DNA of 64,000 nt, from positions 3,264,001-3,328,000 of the forward strand of contig CAWKMU010000003.1 of assembly GCA_963850905.1 (NCBI GenBank), given 5' to 3'. The notes below the pieces were generated by a model. It saw nothing but the letters and a program-made list of their open reading frames with translations, was not told the DNA's origin and did no database searches. Shown here piece after piece: positions 59,902 to 64,000 of this stretch; within the stretch, counting starts at the first letter, position 1, and each line of letters begins with the position of its first letter. The translations under genes were made by a program, and so were the position numbers. This DNA comes from an uncultured Gemmatimonadales bacterium. Its GTDB lineage: Bacteria > Gemmatimonadota > Gemmatimonadetes > Gemmatimonadales > Gemmatimonadaceae.

Positions 59902-61596
59902 TTACCTACTCAGCGGCGTCAGATCTACTCGGTCAAAGCGCAAATTCCGCACGCGACCGTTGCTGACCGTAAAGCTGTTGCATCGCCTGAGCTCTGGACA
60001 CCGATACTCCATCGCCCCCATTGGGAACTCTGCCACGAACACGTCGGCAATCGTGGGCGTCATCTCGAGCTCGCCGCGCGCGTAATGCACAAAGAGCTTG
60101 TTGTCCCGAACCGAGATCGTGTATAGGGCATCAAGCTCCTTGCTGTAGAAGGCGCCTGCGTACTCCCGCAGCCTCTCAGTCGTTGGATGGACACGTTCGA
60201 TGCGCTTTGCAGATTGATCGGCCCCACCCTGGTGTAGGGTGAAGCGGGCCGATTTGCCGCCCGGTGCGGGCGCGTCGAACGTCACCTGCGCGTCGACGAC
60301 CTTCAGGACGAAACGGCTTTCGGATACAGGATACACCGGAATCTTGGACTCCCCGGTCGCCTGCGTCATGAGCTGATCGCCCTCCCGAGTAAAGGAGATG
60401 ATGAAGTCCGGACTTAGCTGATAATCGCCGACATAGGCATCCAGCAGCTTCGGATCGACCGTCACCTGGGCCAGCGTCGAATCGCGAGCGGTTGGGGCCT
60501 TCGGCGGTGACCCTTTCAGGTGGGACGCCAGATAGATGTCCGCCACCCTGTACGCGAGCCCAGGGGCGTCGGCATCGCCGGCGTTGCACAGCGTGATGAC
60601 AGAAACATGCTCATCGGGAAACCGCAGTAACTCGGTGCGAAATCCGGCATCTCCGCCGGCGTGGTTGACTGTCCTCAACCCACGGTACTCGTTGACCACC
60701 AATCCAGAGGCGTACTCGATCTCTTTGCCACTATTCAGATGCCCCTTGATTTGCATCTTCTGCAATAGGTCTCTCCCGCCCACTGCGCCGGTATAGAAGT
60801 TTTCGTCCCAGCGCGCGAGGTCGCCGATCGTCGTGAACAGACTGCTCGGCCCCACCGTCGAGTAAGAGAGCGCAACATAGGCATACCGCCCATCTGGCTG
60901 GCGCTCGTATGAGTAGGCGCGGTTGTCGACGAGGTCCCCGTAATGCTCGTGGAAGTGAGTACTGCGCATGCCGAGCGGTGCAAAGATGCGCTCGTCCGTG
61001 AACTCACGCAGGGGCTTGCCTGAAACGCGTTGCACGATGAGCCCCAGCAAGGTGTAGCCCGTGTTGCTGTAGAGAAACTCGTCGTTCGGGTGGAAGTTCA
61101 GCTCCCGCTGTCGCCAGATCAGATTCACGACGTCCTCCTGCGTGATCACGTCCTCCAGACGCCAACCCGCCATGGCGAGGAGGTTCCACTGATCACGCAG
61201 GCCGCTCGTGTGATGCAGGAGATCGCGGATCGTGATGGTCCTGTTGAAGTCGTGAAGCTCCGGGAGGTACTTGCGAATGTCGTCGTCCAGCGACAGCCTG
61301 CCCTCCTGCTCGAGCAGATAGATGGCGAAGGCCGTAAACTGCTTAGACAGCGACGCGATGTGGAACACCGTGCCCGCCGTGATCGGTACAGAGTGTTCGA
61401 TGTCCGCTCGGCCGTAACCCTGGACATAGAGCGGCTTCCCATCCTTGAGAACGCCGAGAACACAACCGGCAGTGCCTGGTTTAGCCCATTGGGCAAAGAT
61501 TGCGTCGGCAGCGCGGTCCGGCGTGGTCTGCGCGGTCGCGGCCGAGGCAACAGCGACAAGAGTGATCAGGCTCCGGGCGGCGACGAGCGTGCGCAT
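59902..61596 (-). CDS. Serine hydrolase (beta-lactamase-related) with DUF3471-like C-terminal domain
   Basis: Signal peptide; ASLSKQF, LLHHTSG, YSNTGY, HAGG; LDAYVGDY. Confidence 0.92.
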   Translation of the reverse strand: MRTLVAARSLITLVAVASAATAQTTPDRAADAIFAQWAKPGTAGCVLGVLKDGKPLYVQGYGRADIEHSVPITAGTVFHIASLSKQFTAFAIYLLEQEGRLSLDDDIRKYLPELHDFNRTITIRDLLHHTSGLRDQWNLLAMAGWRLEDVITQEDVVNLIWRQRELNFHPNDEFLYSNTGYTLLGLIVQRVSGKPLREFTDERIFAPLGMRSTHFHEHYGDLVDNRAYSYERQPDGRYAYVALSYSTVGPSSLFTTIGDLARWDENFYTGAVGGRDLLQKMQIKGHLNSGKEIEYASGLVVNEYRGLRTVNHAGGDAGFRTELLRFPDEHVSVITLCNAGDADAPGLAYRVADIYLASHLKGSPPKAPTARDSTLAQVTVDPKLLDAYVGDYQLSPDFIISFTREGDQLMTQATGESKIPVYPVSESRFVLKVVDAQVTFDAPAPGGKSARFTLHQGGADQSAKRIERVHPTTERLREYAGAFYSKELDALYTISVRDNKLFVHYARGELEMTPTIADVFVAEFPMGAMEYRCPELRRCNSFTVSNGRVRNLRFDRVDLTPLSR

Positions 61597-61726
61597 TTGA
61601 CGTCCACGGAGAAGAACCCGGATAATGTCACCGGGAAGGGAGCGCAGCAATGTCTGGCGGAGCAGGCAGAATCGCCCGCATCGTGGTGGTGATACTTCGT
61701 GCTCCCTCCGAGATCGGCGTGCCGTC

Positions 61727-61849
61727 GCAGACCTCGGCACGACGATGTTGTACACGCATCTCGCGAGAGAGCACCTGCGTGCGCTCGTCACGCCTCTCGT
61801 GCCGGTGAAGGATCAAGAATCCAAGCCGACCGACGCCCGCGCCGGGTAA
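61727..61849 (+). pseudogene. C-terminal remnant of a tyrosine recombinase/integrase
   Basis: ADLGTTMLYTHLAREHLRALV resembles the Box II tail (H)xDxxTTxxYTH with the catalytic Tyr; the upstream part is missing; about 120 bp from the tRNA. Confidence 0.7.
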
Positions 61850-61970
61850 GTCGGTCACGAATTTGCGCGGAATGTGTCAAGAAATGTGTCCAGAGCCGTG
61901 CGCAGTGCTTCAGGTGCAGCATCCTATCTGCGGCATAAGCTACGATAGGTGAGTAGATTAGACCTCTATC

Positions 61971-62044
61971 GCCCCCGTAGCTCAGGTGGATAGAGCAGCG
62001 GTTTCCTAAACCGTTGGCCGGGTGTTCGAGTCACCCCGGGGGCA
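61971..62044 (+). tRNA. tRNA-Arg (anticodon CCT)
   Basis: Cloverleaf: acceptor GCCCCCG/CGGGGGC, D-stem GCTC/GAGC, anticodon stem GCGGT/ACCGT with loop TTCCTAA, T-arm GGGTG-TTCGAGT-CACCC; CCA not encoded. Confidence 0.97.
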
Positions 62045-62087
62045 CTGGAACGCTCGTTCGCAGCACAAAGCCACGTACGGGTCCGTG

Positions 62088-62128
62088 TTCCTAAACCGTT
62101 GGCCGCGTGTTCGAGTCACCCCGGGGGC
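62088..62128 (+). repeat. Duplicated 3' half of tRNA-Arg (att-like)
   Basis: Matches 62003-62043 at 40/41, starting at the anticodon loop. Confidence 0.9.
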
Positions 62129-62310
62129 TCTGCGGGAAAACGACTTACGCGACCGCTACCTTCCGCTCCGTCTCTGGCGTGCTATTCGGCGCGCTATTCG
62201 TGAGCTTGGGTCGGGCGCTCTCGTCGCGGAAAGAACTTAAGAACGACGCTGACGACGAGCAGCATCACCTGGAGCACCAACAACGCGGCCGTCCCGGCGG
62301 ATCGCCTTGA

Positions 62311-62346
62311 GCGGGAGGGCGGGGAAGGCTAACCCCGCCCCCTCGC
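62311..62346 (-). terminator. GC-rich hairpin downstream of the S9-like gene
   Basis: GCGGGAGGGCGGGG / CCCCGCCCCCTCGC stem with 8-nt loop. Confidence 0.5.
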
Positions 62347-62351
62347 ACCCC

Positions 62352-64000
62352 CTACTGAGACGCGCGCACGCGGTCGCGGGGCGCGCCTACGTCGCTCCTG
62401 GCTGCAGCCGATACGGGCGGCGTCACGACCGAGGAGGGGGCCGAGCGCAGCCCGTCCTTGAGGTACTGGTCGAAGAACGCCAACATGTCCCCGAGCTTCA
62501 CGCGAATGTTCTCGGGAGACGTGATGTAATAGGTCTCGCCTGGGTAGCTCTTGTAGCGGAAGACCTTGTAATGCGCGTCGAGGGCGCGCGCAAAGTCGAG
62601 CGACGCCGGTACCGGCAGCTGCGCCTGACGCCAGGACGACGTCGCGCCCTCGCCGTGGATGATGAAGGCGGGTGTCGTCACCTGCGCGACGTTGTAGATC
62701 GCCGAGTTGCGGCGATACACGATTGCGCTGTCTGGCAGGGGCCCGAACTCGAAGGCCAGCAGCTGGTTGTGGACCATCTCGTTGTTGAACTCGGGGAACC
62801 GCACCCAGTCACCGTACCCGGACTCGGGGATGGCCGCCTGGAACACGCCCGGCGCGAAGGTGATAGCGGACATCGTCATGATGCCGCCGTAGCTCACGCC
62901 GTGAATGCCCATCTCTTGTGGGTTCACGAACGGCTGCTGCTTCAGATACTCCACGCCGGCCAACACGTCCTTGAGATCGCAGTGACCCCAGCAGCCGTTG
63001 TTGGCGTCCTCGAACGCGCGGCCATACCCGGAGCTCCCGCGGATATTGGGGAGGAGGATGGCGTACCCCCGCTGCGCGAAGTACTGCACCTGCGGCTGGT
63101 AACTGTCGATCCACTGTCCCGTCGGGCCTCCGTGGATCCACATGATGCCCGGTGCCTTCTCACCGGCTTTCAGTCCTCGTGGCTCATAAAGGTACGCTGA
63201 GATCGTGTACCCGTCAGCGCTCGGGTACGTGATCTTGCGAGGCGTGATGAGGCTGGCCCGCTCGAAGTTGGGTGGCATGGAAAACGTGAGTTGCGTCGTC
63301 CGCCCGCTCTGCACGTCCACGGTATACAGGTCCGCCGGTGTCGTCGTGGAGCCCAAGGTGTAGCTCAGACGCATGCCGTCCGGCGACCAGGAGATACGAG
63401 ACACTACGCCATCAGTCGGAGCGACGACGGCGCGCGGCGCACCACCCGCCGCGCCCACCACATACAGACCCTTGGTGCCGTTCCGATTCGAGATATACGC
63501 GATGCTCCTTCCGTCGGGCGACCAAATAGCCTCGCTCTGTTCGGCCGCTTCAGCGACGACCGGGCGCGGATCCCCGCCAGCCAGAGGGGCCGTCCAATAG
63601 TTGATCCAGCCCGATCGTTGCGACTTGAACAAGACGCGCTTCCCATCCGGTGAGACCGGTGCAAAGCTGAACGTGCGACCACCACCGTAGTCGAACAACT
63701 CGGGTTCGCTCACAACGAGACGCGGGGGCGTCGATCCGTCGGCCGGCACGGCCATCACGTCATGTCTGACCCAACGCTCGTCCAAGCGATCGTAGACGAT
63801 GGTGCGGCCATCGGGCGTCCAGCTCGGGTAGTCCTCGTAGCGGGGATCGCTCGTCAGGCGGAGCACCTCGCCAGTCGGCACCGCTACGGTATAGATGTCC
63901 TGGTTGCCGTAGCGCCCATCGGAAAACGCAATGTGCGATCCGTCCGGCGACCAACTCATCGAGTACAAGCCGCCACCCATCCGCGTGAGCTGAGCATCGG
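62352..64000 (-). CDS. S9-family peptidase-like protein with PD40 repeats (5' end beyond the window; atypical triad)
   Basis: WSPDG repeats, HGGP, NIRGSSGYG, GVSYGG; frame open to the window edge. Confidence 0.9.
   Translation of the reverse strand, partial: DAQLTRMGGGLYSMSWSPDGSHIAFSDGRYGNQDIYTVAVPTGEVLRLTSDPRYEDYPSWTPDGRTIVYDRLDERWVRHDVMAVPADGSTPPRLVVSEPELFDYGGGRTFSFAPVSPDGKRVLFKSQRSGWINYWTAPLAGGDPRPVVAEAAEQSEAIWSPDGRSIAYISNRNGTKGLYVVGAAGGAPRAVVAPTDGVVSRISWSPDGMRLSYTLGSTTTPADLYTVDVQSGRTTQLTFSMPPNFERASLITPRKITYPSADGYTISAYLYEPRGLKAGEKAPGIMWIHGGPTGQWIDSYQPQVQYFAQRGYAILLPNIRGSSGYGRAFEDANNGCWGHCDLKDVLAGVEYLKQQPFVNPQEMGIHGVSYGGIMTMSAITFAPGVFQAAIPESGYGDWVRFPEFNNEMVHNQLLAFEFGPLPDSAIVYRRNSAIYNVAQVTTPAFIIHGEGATSSWRQAQLPVPASLDFARALDAHYKVFRYKSYPGETYYITSPENIRVKLGDMLAFFDQYLKDGLRSAPSSVVTPPVSAAARSDVGAPRDRVRASQ

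Noticed and set aside
61597..61791. N-terminal extension of the serine hydrolase ORF
   Set aside because: The signal peptide begins at 61596, and the extension is antisense to the integrase remnant.

Overview
A GC-rich bacterial window with about 52 protein-coding genes and one tRNA-Arg(CCT). The gene content suggests a Gemmatimonadota-like soil or sediment organism; this is an inference from the Ser/Thr kinase-TolB-TPR fusion, the minor-pilin cassette and the many secreted hydrolases. Blocks from left to right: (1) secreted hydrolases and oxidoreductases, a Ser/Thr kinase and an MCP (0-15 kb); (2) a membrane/DUF-rich block with an arylsulfatase-DUF2252-FGE-DUF1254 module and a DUF481-DUF1269-AbgT-PepA/M20 module (15.5-38.2 kb); (3) an S9 peptidase, a four-gene type IV minor-pilin cassette and a BNR-propeller/MoaD pair (38.5-47 kb); (4) a lower-GC accessory region with alpha/beta hydrolases, duplicated VOC genes and a beta-propeller sensor kinase/NarL-type regulator pair (50.4-59.8 kb); (5) a tRNA-Arg integration hotspot with both 5'- and 3'-side tRNA fragments, a tyrosine-integrase remnant and 12-bp-period repeats. 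The most intriguing signals are two small secreted proteins sharing an Hcp-like segment, orphan TagO/VasI-like and CdiI-like genes, a heptamer-armed palindromic element family that supplies stop codons, and an S9 homolog lacking the canonical Asp/His. Several single-base frameshifts look like long-read consensus errors. All family calls come from motif recognition by eye, not from database searches.
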